From the NCBI GenBank assembly GCA_012295275.1, contig CM022671.1:18352001-18416000 (forward strand): 64,000 nucleotides of DNA. Direction: 5' to 3'. Below, in pieces: positions 41,591-54,554 of the stretch. A program made the translations under genes and the position numbers. Positions within the stretch are counted from its first letter, which is position 1, and each line of letters starts with the position of its first letter. Source of the DNA: Chrysomallon squamiferum. Its lineage: Eukaryota > Animalia > Mollusca. The notes beneath the pieces were generated by a model. It searched no databases, had not been told where the DNA came from, and saw nothing but the letters and a program-made list of their open reading frames with translations.

Positions 41591-41675
41591 GGGCTTTGGC
41601 TTCGTAACATACAGGGATACAGCTAGCGTAGAGAAGGTATTAGCTAGTGGACCTCATATGCTAGATTCCAAAACG
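41591..41675 (+). CDS. msi: Musashi homolog, exon 4 (GFGFVTYRDTASVEKVLASGPHMLDSKT; RRM1 RNP1 motif)
   Basis: TGTTTTTCAG acceptor and ACG|GTATGG donor. 85 nt. RNP1 RGFGFVTY, plus KVLA and LDSKT as in Musashi. Confidence 0.97.
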
Positions 41676-42383
41676 GTATGGTAGTTTCTTTCTTTATTGT
41701 TAATTTTCACTTAGTGTGCTCATCTGAATGACAGCTACATTGTAGATCAAAGTAAAACAAAGTTTTAAAAAATACGTATATATTTCTTTATTTGTACATT
41801 TTCACCTTTCTTATACATATACATATATATGTCACCTTTATATGCTTTATTCGAAAGCTTTTATATGTAATTTTTTGTATGTCTTTGTATCTATAGATTT
41901 AAGTGGATGCATTTTATTTACAGTCAATAAAGCATAATGTAGAATTTAATCTAGTTTTTTTAAAAACCCCTTTTTATAGCAAGTTTTATAATTATTAGAA
42001 AAATAAATGTTTTATATGTAAAAGCATACAATATTTTGGGTGAGGTAAATTTTTTTCCTGTATTTTTTAAAAATATTGAGTTAATTTTGATACTGAGAAA
42101 GGACTGGGGTGTGGAATAATTATTGTTTGTACAACTGCTATTTCAAGAGAGGACTGACTGTCATATTGACTCAGGGAACAAACTGTAGTTTCATTTGTTA
42201 GAGGACACACACACACCTTGCCTATGTTTGGTTTGCTCGCATTGTTCACTATGAGAGACAGTTGTTAGATACAAGTCTCTCTCTCTCTTTTTTTTTTCTC
42301 CCCATCTTCTAACTACTGTTCATTTTTAATCAGATCTTCTTTCTCTAACCATGGACCTCTCTTGGTTTTCTTTTTATCACCAG

Positions 42384-42425
42384 GTCGACCCCAAAGTTGC
42401 TTTTCCAAGGAAGTCACAACAAAAG
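42384..42425 (+). CDS. msi: Musashi homolog, exon 5 (VDPKVAFPRKSQQK); gene continues beyond the window
   Basis: Pyrimidine tract with CACCAG acceptor and AAG|GTAATT donor. 42 nt. DPKVAFPR distinguishes Musashi from DAZAP1 and hnRNP A/B/D. I could not find the next exon (MVTRTKKIFVGGL-like, RRM2) in 42426-64000. Confidence 0.96.
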
Positions 42426-44456
42426 GTAATTTCTTTTCTTTTTAACTTCTATTTTTTTTTTTTTTTTCCTTTAATTTAATTTTTTTAGCTTTAGTTCTCA
42501 GTAGCTTGAGGCTAACATTAGTCAGATTTCTTGTTTCACACTAGACCAGCCCAGCAAGACATTTGTACCTTTAGGCAGACACAGGTTACCTGTGTAATTT
42601 GCACCTGCGGGGACAAACACTGTCCACTGCATCACTTTTAAGTGATTGTTACATAAATCTACTTAACCAATTAACATCTCATGTCTTAAGAACTAATTAA
42701 TTATGCAGTCTGACTAACAATGGAGTAATCTGGAAAGAGTTCAACCACTGAACCAGAAACAGTAACAATAGAATGGTAGATAGTTATAAGTGTGTGTTAA
42801 GTTAGTAGGAAAAAAAGTAAAAAGAAAAGAAAATATTTAAATACTACGTTAATCAAATTATATCTATAATTTTATATATAAACAGAAAGTGTAAAGCTAT
42901 GCTGTAACAATGTGCTAAAATACATGGTAGCATAAAAAGAATATTTAATTTTGTATTAAAACTGGAGAAAATACATTATAAAAATATCTTAAAAGAAAGA
43001 ACAACATTAAACTATTAAACTTTATAAATATGTATTAAAATGTAACAGGAACACTGTTATAAATCTGTCATAAAAACACAGTATACATGTGCAGTGTTAC
43101 AATGTGCTAATTGCAGTTTTGATAGACGTATTACCAAGTAACACAATAATAGCATAACAACATAGTATAACATAGTTCCGTTTCAGCCCAGTGTTTTTCA
43201 TTAAGCGTAGCTGAGTTGATAGCTAGTTTAGTAGATATTTATATATTCAGGTTTGGTTCTTAACACCTTCGTAGAAGAGATAGATTAGTGGTGTCTGGGT
43301 CCTTGTCCTGTTGGTCTTAAAACACATTTGTCCAGTTTAGTTTTCTTTCTTGCTTTAAAAAGATTTATTGTAGTTGAGCACTGGCGTCTTGGCTGACACA
43401 GGCGTTTGTTGTTGTTGTTTTTATGAGGTGTAGTTAGTCGTAGCTGCCTAACATAGCTTTGGCCAGGTGACAAACGTAGGGTGCTTGATTTATTGCTCCT
43501 TAATGAAGTGAAGCCATACCTGCTCACCACTTACCAGATTCCTACATGTGTGAGTTCTGTGCTGAAACGGCAAGCCTTATGGATCAAATCATGGCATTCA
43601 AGTTTTTGGATCTGAAGGGGTTTTTCTTCTCTCACTTTCTTCAGCCAGCTGTTTGGCCCAGATCTTGTGCAATTACAAAGTATTTAAAAAAATAAAAAAA
43701 CACAGGTGGAAATTGTGTATGGAAAGAAAAGAAAAAAAAAATGTTTTAAAAGAGAGAGAGAGAAAAAAACAACAACAGAAACTACAAGTGAAAAATTGAA
43801 AAAAAAGAAAAAGAAAAAGGAAGAAAAGAAATTCAGTGGGTCATAATTCTTTAATAATGAAAAGAAAAGAAAAAAATAAAAGAGATGAAATTTCGTTGTT
43901 GTTTTGGTTGTGGATATACGAAGGTGTAATATCATTGTGCTCGGAGTGTTATATCAAGTTTATACAACAGAGAAGAAGTCATACGACAAGGAATGTTGAA
44001 TTCATTTCAGTTCCATGTGTTGAAAAGCTCTGTGAGTGACTGCCATCTGTAGAAGACATCCAAGGCTAAAATAATCGGGAAGAGATGACGTGTTGAGAAA
44101 CACAAGGAGAAATGGATAATTGTTCAGGTTTTCACATTATCACCCTAACTGCCAACATACATAAGTTTGTATTTACTGGGCTGCAAAATTTGTACAAGTG
44201 TGATCAGTTGATAGATTCAGCACAATTATACCCTTTTTTTCACCACCAGAGGTCCTTGTAAAGCTTTTTGACAGACACCATGTGAGTTTTCGCTAAGTTC
44301 ACAAAAAACAAGGTAAGGTAGCTAGAACTTAGAAAGAAAAAAAAGAAAACTCTACAAAATGATTGACATATCAGACATTTTCAACATCTCTAAAAGGTTA
44401 TGTTTCTGTAGTGGGGTTAAAATAATTTAAAAATAGTTTAAAAATTAAAAAAGAAG

Positions 44457-44522
<66 letters not shown>

Positions 44523-47497
44523 ATAATGAATAATTCAATATAAGACTTACCAAAATTTTTTTTTTTTAAATTCTGGTAAACTAGTAAAAGTTGACACATT
44601 GTACCCCAGAGAAAATGGGTTGATAAAGGCCAGATGTCTGTATAATTAGATGAGAGTTATTTGTGAGATTTTTGTTTTGTTTAAATGCTGCATGCACATC
44701 TTGTAATAGATCCAAAAAACTTACTATGTAAAAATGCCACAAATGAGAAAAAGGAAACTATTTACATAACTTCTTTGATTTTTAGCATGTATGAAAACAC
44801 TGAAGTAAACCACTATCTAGGGTTTTTATCTCAATGAATATGATTTTAACAGTGCCAGAATTTAAAAAGTTAGAAAAACAAAAATAAACTTTCAAATAAG
44901 ATAAACACAATTTTACAGTCATGAGATGTGCATTATCCATATACACTTAGAGTTTGTTACATGTCTGCAGTATATACCAGGAAAGCATCAATTTGTGTAT
45001 ATGACCATTTGATAATTTAACAGTGAGGTAATATTTAAGTACAGAGATAAACATGTGTGTACAGTGCAGACTATTCTTTATATACATATGGTGAATTAAT
45101 ACTTAATTTAATATGTAAACATGTTTGTTCTGTTTTACTCAAAATTACACTGTTATATTATCAATAAAACAAACACACACACACACACACACAGACAGAC
45201 ATGCATATGAAACAAATCTGGTAATTTATTGTTAACTAGTAAAATCCTACAGCATAAAAAAGATTCAAATTAAATATAAATTTTTACCATTATAGTATTA
45301 CTTACTTAATTTATACACCTATTTTATCATACATTTATTTATACATTATTACATTATTTGTCATATATATGGAATATATTAATGGTGTAATATATATCAC
45401 ATATATGTATACACATATGAAACCACCTGAGTATTAACCACTACAGTAGTATGTATAGACAACAGGAGAAAACTAATTTCAAACTGACACAATCCCTGTG
45501 GAGTTGGTATTAGGAAAATCTGGCTCTGGTCTTTGTTAGATTAAGGAGACAGGGCTTCCCTGGGTTTGGCTGTTTATGGGTGGAGTCGGGTTGCAGCAGA
45601 ACACATTCAGGGAGGTGTCAAATGTATTACCTTCTGGTGTCTGGCTAAGATATGCTGTCTAGCTAGCTATATGATCTAATTCTGTGGGAACTTGGCATAC
45701 TGCATAATCAGTGGGTAATACAGGACACAGAGAATGATGCTTAATCTTTATTTACTATTGTAAATACATACAGAACTTCACTGTTTTATATACTTTTATA
45801 GATGTGTGTGTGTGTGTGTGTGAGAGAGACAGTGTTAATTCAGAAATACTGATTTATAAATTACACAGCCAGTAAGGCTATATTTGCAAGGTTTGTTTTG
45901 AACTGAAATAAGTACAGACTGTAAATATATAATAATGCTTAAACATCCAAGAAAGATTCCACAAGTTTGACCTAATTTCCAGTTAATTACAAAAACAAAA
46001 ATCATTTTATAAGATTATATGATGGAAATATTTCCAAAACTTGATTGTCAATTATATTTAAAGTTTTTTCTTTTAATTTTCGTTTGTTTTTCTTCTTTTA
46101 TTTTCCATTCTTTTTTTTTTTTTTTCCTTTGTTCTTTGTGATGGAAATAAAAATAATTAGACTTCTGTGAAATAGCTTAAACAGAATATGCATAACTGAA
46201 ACAATTTCTTCTTGTTTTTTTTTTAACACTTGAGTTTATTGCCCCTAGGAAAATAACGAAAGGTCTGTTTATGAGGTATGGAATAAATTAAATATTGCAC
46301 TGTTTGTCATAAAATAAATAGTTTTTCTGTATGGTAGAGCTTTTAAATATAAATATAATATCAAATATCATTATATTTATTATTATTATTTCTTTCTTTC
46401 TTTTTTATAAAAATAAATAATAAAATTCATCTTTTGGTGCAAATGACCTTGGCAGATAAAAGCCATTGACTTGTCCGATTCAGAATGTTTATTGTCCTGC
46501 TTTTCAATGATAGAAGAAAACACTGACCCAATTGCTAGGGCAACTTTCACCCATGACTGAGTAAATTCATGCTTGACGGGTCGGCTTTATCCGTTTAAAA
46601 CTTGTTTTTCCAGTTAGCTGGGGTGCAGTCAGTCGGCGAAGCCTCAATCTGACAAAAAGTTAGGGTCTTAAGAATTTATTTTTTTAACGTGGTTGCTATT
46701 TCTGGCGACTAGTGATTTCTGCACATTGTCTGGGTGTGTCATGTACAGGGTTGTTTACATTCCTTCTAAAGTGTGAGAAAATATTGTTTTTAATGGGTAT
46801 GTTAATCCTTTTGAAATCACATCTGTTGGGTGATTTCTTTGTTCATCAGCATTTTAAGAGTTTGTTAAAATATTATGACTATAATGCTTCTGTTTCCGTT
46901 TCTTATTCTGAGGATAATTAAATAAATGAATGAATGAATAAATAGAAAAACAAAACAATAAAACTGGTATCTTTCAAATTATTTAAAACATTTAAATATA
47001 TATTACAGTTTGTAATTATAATAGTTATTAATTACCATTTTTGTTATAATAAATAAATATATTATTGTATAACCCACCTTTTTTTTTGGAGGAGGACCAT
47101 TTTTTAAAAAAATGAGTAATTATGTAAACAAATAACAGCAAAACTAGCTTTATAAACGCATTTTGTTATAAAATGTTTTCTTTCCATTTTTACTTAAAAA
47201 ACAAATGACACAAGCAATTATGTTTTGAGGAACATACATTTATAAGTAATCCTAAACCCTGATCCATTTTACCAAAAAAAACACAAAAAAAAACCCAGAA
47301 AAGAAAAAGAAAGGAAGAATGATTCATTACTTAATATTCTTGAAGGATCATGTGTGAAACAGGAACAAAGAGTGGGTAAAAAGATAGGAATATGGAAATT
47401 TAAGAAGAGAAACAAAGAGGTTTATAAGATTATGGGGTAAGAACACAGGAAGGGAGGGATTGATGTACAGGAGTAAAGAGGAGTGAAATGATGTGTT

Positions 47498-47710
47498 AAT
47501 GATGAATGAGATTGTAGGAATAAGGAGGAATGAGATGATAGAATAATGATGAGTGAGATTGTAGGAATAAGGAGGAATGAGATGATAGAATAATGATGAG
47601 TGAGAATGTAGGAATAAGGAGGAATGACTTGATAGGAGTAAGGAGTGAGATGATAGGAATAATAAGGAGTGAGATTATAGGAAATAAGGAGGAATGAAAT
47701 GATAGGAATC
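47498..47710. repeat. 47-bp purine-rich minisatellite built of ~22-25-bp subunits
   Basis: AATGATGAGTGAGATTGTAGGAATAAGGAGGAATGAGATGATAGAAT three times, then decayed copies. Confidence 0.85.
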
Positions 47711-50700
47711 AGAATGGGTTAAGAAAACAAAAGGAGGGAACAAAAGAAAAGAAATGAGGGTACTGCAGGGATGGTTTAATGGAAAGGAGTGAAAAGAAAG
47801 GCGATATTGTATTAGATCAAGGGTTATCAAGCCACAGAATCTTATGTCACTTGGCCTTATGAGATGAATCCCATTGAATACATCACACAAAGCCCAGTAA
47901 ACCCTGGCTGACCCCTGTGTTGTTAGATCAAATTTTCCTTTAATTTCTAATATTACTGTGTTTTGTCTGAATGAAAATCTTTTTTCAGAATGTAAAGAAA
48001 TGTGTTTGCACTTCATGACATCTGGGGTAATGGGTTTTCAGCTTAAACAGTGTTCAGTGGTTTTGAGAGGTGGGGATTTAAAAACAAAAAACAAAAATGA
48101 AACAAAACAAATCTAGTGTAGGTTGTTACATACAACGCAATCTAGAAGATTTGTTTGGGAGGTAGATAAGACTGGATTTTTAATCAGAGTTATAGGCCAA
48201 ATGTTCTTAAGAAATGAACACAGCCTGTTTCCTTATCTGACCATACGGTTTGCACTGCTGCTCCAGCCTTATCAGCAGTGAAAACATGTACAGGCCAGTT
48301 GCTAAGCATTGTGGGACTGTCATGGAGGATGAATTAGCAGCATGGGATAGCTCGGTATCTACGAGAGACTGTAGAAACCTGTACTGCTTATCACCCGTTT
48401 CCTTTCAAGCCAGTTTCAGCATGGTAAAACATTTTACTCGCCTGCACTAATAGAGGGATAATGTTTTTATCACATCATTGGAATCTCATCTTGCCTCTTG
48501 CAGTTCTAAGCTTCTCCACTGCCACTCACACAGAAACCTTTCTTTTTCTGTTATATATTAGGTTTCTTATTGGAAAAAATTAGAAATAAAAAGTGAAAAA
48601 AAAAAAGGGAGGAAAGAAAATGACATAAAGTGTATATTAAGATTGAAAAGATAATGGTTAAATAATGGATTAATCATGGAAATATTCCTATCCTTGTCAA
48701 CAAACATCTTTTTTTTTAAGATAATGTCCATTTGTCTAGTCAGAAGATATTGAATTTAGAAAAAGAAAAAAGAAATTAATAGATTAAAGCATTTATATGA
48801 TATATGACAAATCTGTAAAATTCTTTATATTATAAAAAAAACCCCACCTTTTTGAACAGATAAAATCAAATATATTTGTTTGTGTGTAAGTGTGTGTGAT
48901 TATAATAATTATACAATTATCTTATAAAAAAAAACCCCAAAATGCAACATGCCTGATATTTATTGTAAATCATTTTTTATGTAAAGTTCCTAAAATTCCA
49001 TGCTTGAACAAAATAAACAAAAACCAGATAATGTTTCTTTGATGCTGGTGTATTTCCATTAATATTAAACACTAATGGAAATACTCTGTATTTTATTAAA
49101 TCTCCCATAAGACTTAATTCATTCCAAATATAATTGAATTTTATATTGGTTACATAACCATTAAACCTAGAACTTGATAATAATAATAATAATAATAGCA
49201 ATAACAATAACAATAATAATAATAATAATTGTAAAAATTGTGAAAACATGATCATGATGTTGATGATGATGATAATGATGATGATGATGATAATAATAAT
49301 ATTAATGATAATAACAACAACAACAATAACAACGCCTAAATGAAATGAACTATTTACCCAGACCTTGCCAGCAGAAGCTCGTGTCAATAAGAATACAGAA
49401 TTATTTCATGCTAGGTTTCAATGCATTCACATACCATTACCACATTCACGACATACGAGATTACTGTAAATAAAACTTTTATTTGAAATTGAATCATCTT
49501 CGTATACACAGTTCATTGAAATGCAGAGATTTCTTTTTTAGAAATTTTTTATATTTTTTTTCAAGGGCTTTGCTACAGGATGGTTTTAACAGTAGCCGCC
49601 CTGTTTGCCGAGTGTGTTCTGGGCAAATCCAAAAGCTTTCTATCAGGCTGGCTTTATACATTGTTAACACTCTGTTTGCCTTCGTTGTTTACCCGGGACC
49701 AAATTGTGACCTCTCTATTAAAACATGAGTGCCACAGGTTTGAGCTTATTCACTGCTTTCTTTCACTGGATGGGTCTCTTTGTCTGTCTTGGCTATTGTG
49801 AGCAAATCTGAGACCAGCTGTGCTTATATGTTTTATCATTCAGTTTTCCCTTGTTTGAACAATGCCATGTGCAGCCAAATCTCCAGTTCTGACAAATAAT
49901 TACTTTTATTGGACTATTCTGTGTAAAAATTGAGTTATCCCATTGCATACACACAATGGTGCAGTCTTCAGCGGTTGTGGTTGAAAATAACCAGCTAAAA
50001 ATACACCAGTGCAGTCTCTCTCGCTTTCTTGATTTCAGTTGTCCCATTGCCGTGCACGATGTTGTGTTGTCTGCAGTTCAGCAATTCAGATTGTCCCATT
50101 ACAATAGATGACGTAGCCTTCCGACATTAACAGCTACACTCATTTTTTTTTTTTTTTTTTTTTTTTTTTCTTGCGTCCTCTCTCTCTCATTACCTTTTCG
50201 AGATTTCAGTTAATTAATGTTAGTGACACATGAAATTCACTGAAGTTTTCTCGTCAGAAACTTAATTGCTTTGCCCGATATACTGCCAATGTTGAAGATG
50301 TATGCTGTGTGATTTGGGGATTGTTAGACACTGCAGCAGCCATGAGGTATTGATTGGGAAGTCTGTCTGTGTGTGTGTGTGTGTTGACTTGGCTGGCTCT
50401 AGTTTTAAGTAACGTCGCTGACATCAGCAAGGGGTCAGTGTTGTGGCGGATGCTGCTGATGATGTTGTTGTTGTGGTATGATGGTGTGTGTATTGTTAAT
50501 ATTAGCTACGTTGTTGAGATGGGTGTTGATGATGTTGTATGGTGTTCATGGTTGATATCAACTCGAATGTTGTATGCATCTGACGTCAACTAGGGGTTGT
50601 TGTTGTTGTCGAGATAATGATGATGAAGTGTAAATGGCTGACGTCAGCTTGTGGTTGATGTTGTTGAGATGATGCTGTTATTATAGAGGGTTTTTTGTTG

Positions 50701-51001
50701 ATGAAAAAGTGTTTAATTGCAAACAATATGATTGTATAGTTCTGCTCATATTTTAAATACTTTAAAATATATTCATTCAACGTAGTTGAAGTCAACAGTG
50801 ATTGTCATTTTTGTTGTTGATGATGTTTTCTGCATCCACTCATTTTGTAATTTTTCAGTTAAAAAAAGTTCCAGATATTTATTTAATGTTTTATTTTATT
50901 TTATTAATGTAACATTTCAAAAACCAGGGTGATGTTGTTTTTGTAATGATCAGTACTCTTACATTAGCTTGTTCTAATTCCTGGACACAATATTTATTTT
51001 A

Positions 51002-51067
<66 letters not shown>

Positions 51068-52363
51068 TCCCATTATGAGTTAATTATAACCTTTCCCAAG
51101 TAACCAAGTTCTGTTTATTTATTCTAAATTTTTTAGAATTTGATATATCAATTAAATTTATCCTTTCACAGATAATCAGGCCATGTTTATTATGTGTGTA
51201 TATATATATATATGTTTACCTAGATCAATTAAAAATAAGCCTTTACCGGGTAACCTGCTTGTGTTTCTTTACACAAGAAACATTAATTCAAAACCAAACA
51301 ACAACATCTCAGAGTTTACACTAGTTGAGTGTGGTTTAATTTAAACTCCTATCCATATCATTTATGTAAGAGCTGCTCTTAGCGGATCAAACGAGGCAGG
51401 AATTTTCTTTCTTTTCTTATCACCGTCTGGCATGTAGGCTTTAGCCAGTTATCAACGCTGTATGCAGTGACCCTGGTGTGAGGCTGTCAATAAATTGTAA
51501 CACTGCCTACACAGGGCTTTATCCACCTTTTGTGTGCCTTTCTCTCAAGTTCACTTACATGGGATATTGCCACTAAAGGAAGTTTTAAACTCGATATGCA
51601 CTACTTTGTCAAGTGTTAGGTTTTCATTCTTACTCTAAGTAAGCTGTATGTGTGTGTGTGTGTATGCATGTTTGTGCATATGTATATGTATGTGTTTAGC
51701 TATATCTGTGTATATCTGTATGCATGTATGTATGTATGTGTGTGCTTATGTCTATACATATGCATACATGTGTGTGTGTGTGTTTACTATGTGTGTGAAA
51801 TAAACTGATATTAAATCTCTTTGTATTTACCATAAAGCAAAAAACAAAATGCATCACACACAAATCCAGTATCAGTAAATCCAGTAATAATGTAATGAAT
51901 CTTAGTTCATTCTGAAAATACACAGATTCTATGCAATGACACAGCACCCCCTTTTTCTGAAAGTGTTGATCCAGCCCTGAATGTTTCAATGCCCTGAAAG
52001 TTACTTCTTCATGCAATCAATAACAAATTATTTAGCTTTATTACAGTACTGGGAAATAATGATGACATTTAAAAAAACAGTAGAATAGATGGTTCTGGGA
52101 ATCTATTCATTACTAAATCTGATGACTTCACTTAACACAGTCTGAACACTGTAATTTTGTATTATTTAATGTGGTCTCTGATGTAAATAACTGTTTACAT
52201 TCATCAGAGTTTTTTTTTTTTTTTTTCCTTCTTAGAATTATTCTGATAATTGTCTAACCACATTTAAAAAAAAGAAAAATAGTAAAAAAAAAAAAAAGAA
52301 AAGGAAAATAGAATGGAGATGTAATTTAGTAATTCATAATTAGTTGACATGTGTAGACAGATG

Positions 52364-52482
<119 letters not shown>

Positions 52483-52558
52483 CTACAAAGAACCCAACAA
52501 CATCAACATACCCCAAAATAGTTTTTCACATCCATTCTATTTTAGTCATTTTTATTAA

Positions 52559-52612
<54 letters not shown>

Positions 52613-54416
52613 TTTTTTTATTTTTCACTCACTAATTCTCACACTCTGCATTTCTTCACACTCTGTGTCATATCAAGTGAGAATTTCAGAAAAGAGGAAA
52701 TATACTCCCAATAGGTCACATGAAGAAAGTGGATATACACAAGTTACTCCACCCACTGAGTTAATATTTTAATGTTCATCAGGGAATTTTAATGAGTGCA
52801 CAGTTACTGATATCATGGGTGTGGGGAAATTTCTGGCATGCTTCCATGCCAGAATTGTTCAAGCATGCATGCATGGGCAAATTCCCAGACTTGAGTGTTG
52901 CAGCAAGATAAAAAAACACACACATACACACATACATACACACACACACATACAGGAAGAATATACTTCAGTTAATAACACATACAGATGTAGACACATG
53001 CTGACATTTACATATAATAAAACATGGTATAAATACATCTACACACATACACACACATAAACACACAAATACATACATATTCACATACATGATGAAACAT
53101 AATCAGATACACATCCAAATATAATTAAGAACATATCCAGATCACAAAACATACACACACACACACACACACACAAAAAAATTACATTTGTACTCATAAA
53201 CATATACATCTAAATCAGTAAGATTTATATTGATATAAACAAAGTTGATGAAGATTTTTTTTTTTTTAAAATGGGGTCATTTTCAAAAAATTTATTTATT
53301 CATTTATAATTACTCTTTTTTTAAAAATACTTTCTGTAGAAATACCTTGAGCCTAACTAACGCCTACACAGTCTGTTTCATCAGGGTTTTGGCTGTTTCA
53401 AACAATTTGTGTACACACTCTGACAGTATTCTGTTCAGGTTATTTGTGAACAAGTTGTTAAGCTCGTTTGAAGGCTGCTGCTTGACGAAGAGGTCACAAG
53501 GGGGAGCTATCTGCTTCATGTAACTCACTGAAATTTCTCTACATTTACAGGTTCAGCTCAGCAGAAATTTAAATTAACATCATATAAATACACAGATCCA
53601 CAAATCTGTTTATCTGTAAATACACATGCAGACAGGCAGATAGACACACCTATCCAGATCACAGTGTATGTGTTGCATTTATACTGTATCTATGTACAGT
53701 AGTAGTGCATGTGTATGTGTATATGTATATGTATATATACACATGCATGTTCCTACATACATACCACATATACATAAACACACATACACAGGCATACACA
53801 GCCATATATACACACTCGCAAAAACATACACATATCCCAAACATGAATGTACTCACATAAAAATATATGTATATAAACACACACACATATGCACTTAGAA
53901 ACACAAACACACACACATACACAGACATTCACATACTCTCATTACCTCAACATAATTTAGACTTCAAAATGTATATTATTTTATCCTTACTGCCTGCTGT
54001 TTTCATCCAGAAAATAGGAAACGAAAGTTATTGTTGTTATTTTGACCATACACGTATTCATAAACTCTACTGTCCACTGAAGAAAACAAATATGATGTAA
54101 ATAAACATTGATTTAGCAGATCTAATAAATATTAATAGAAAATTACTGTGTGCAGCACACTGATTGAACCCAGCTAATAAATATTAATGAGAAGAAAATC
54201 ACTGTGAACAGCATACCCAGCTGCTACTCTGTAAAATTGGCTTTAAGATAAAGAACTTAAAAAACAACAACAACAACAACACAATAAAATACGTTTCTAC
54301 ATGGTTAAAAGCTGCTCTGAAAAAGGGGGAATAAATAATGTTGAAAAAAAAATTATCTACATAGCTAAAACATAAAACGGTGTTTGAAAAGTATGTCATA
54401 GTTAAAAAGTGTAAAT

Positions 54417-54458
<42 letters not shown>

Positions 54459-54492
54459 ACACACACACACACACATACATACACACACATAC

Positions 54493-54554
<62 letters not shown>

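Noticed and set aside
46703-46718. Partial similarity to miR-7 (TGGCGACTAGTGATTT versus UGGAAGACUAGUGAUUU)
   Set aside because: The seed differs, no complementary star arm is evident, and miR-7 is normally hosted in hnRNPK.
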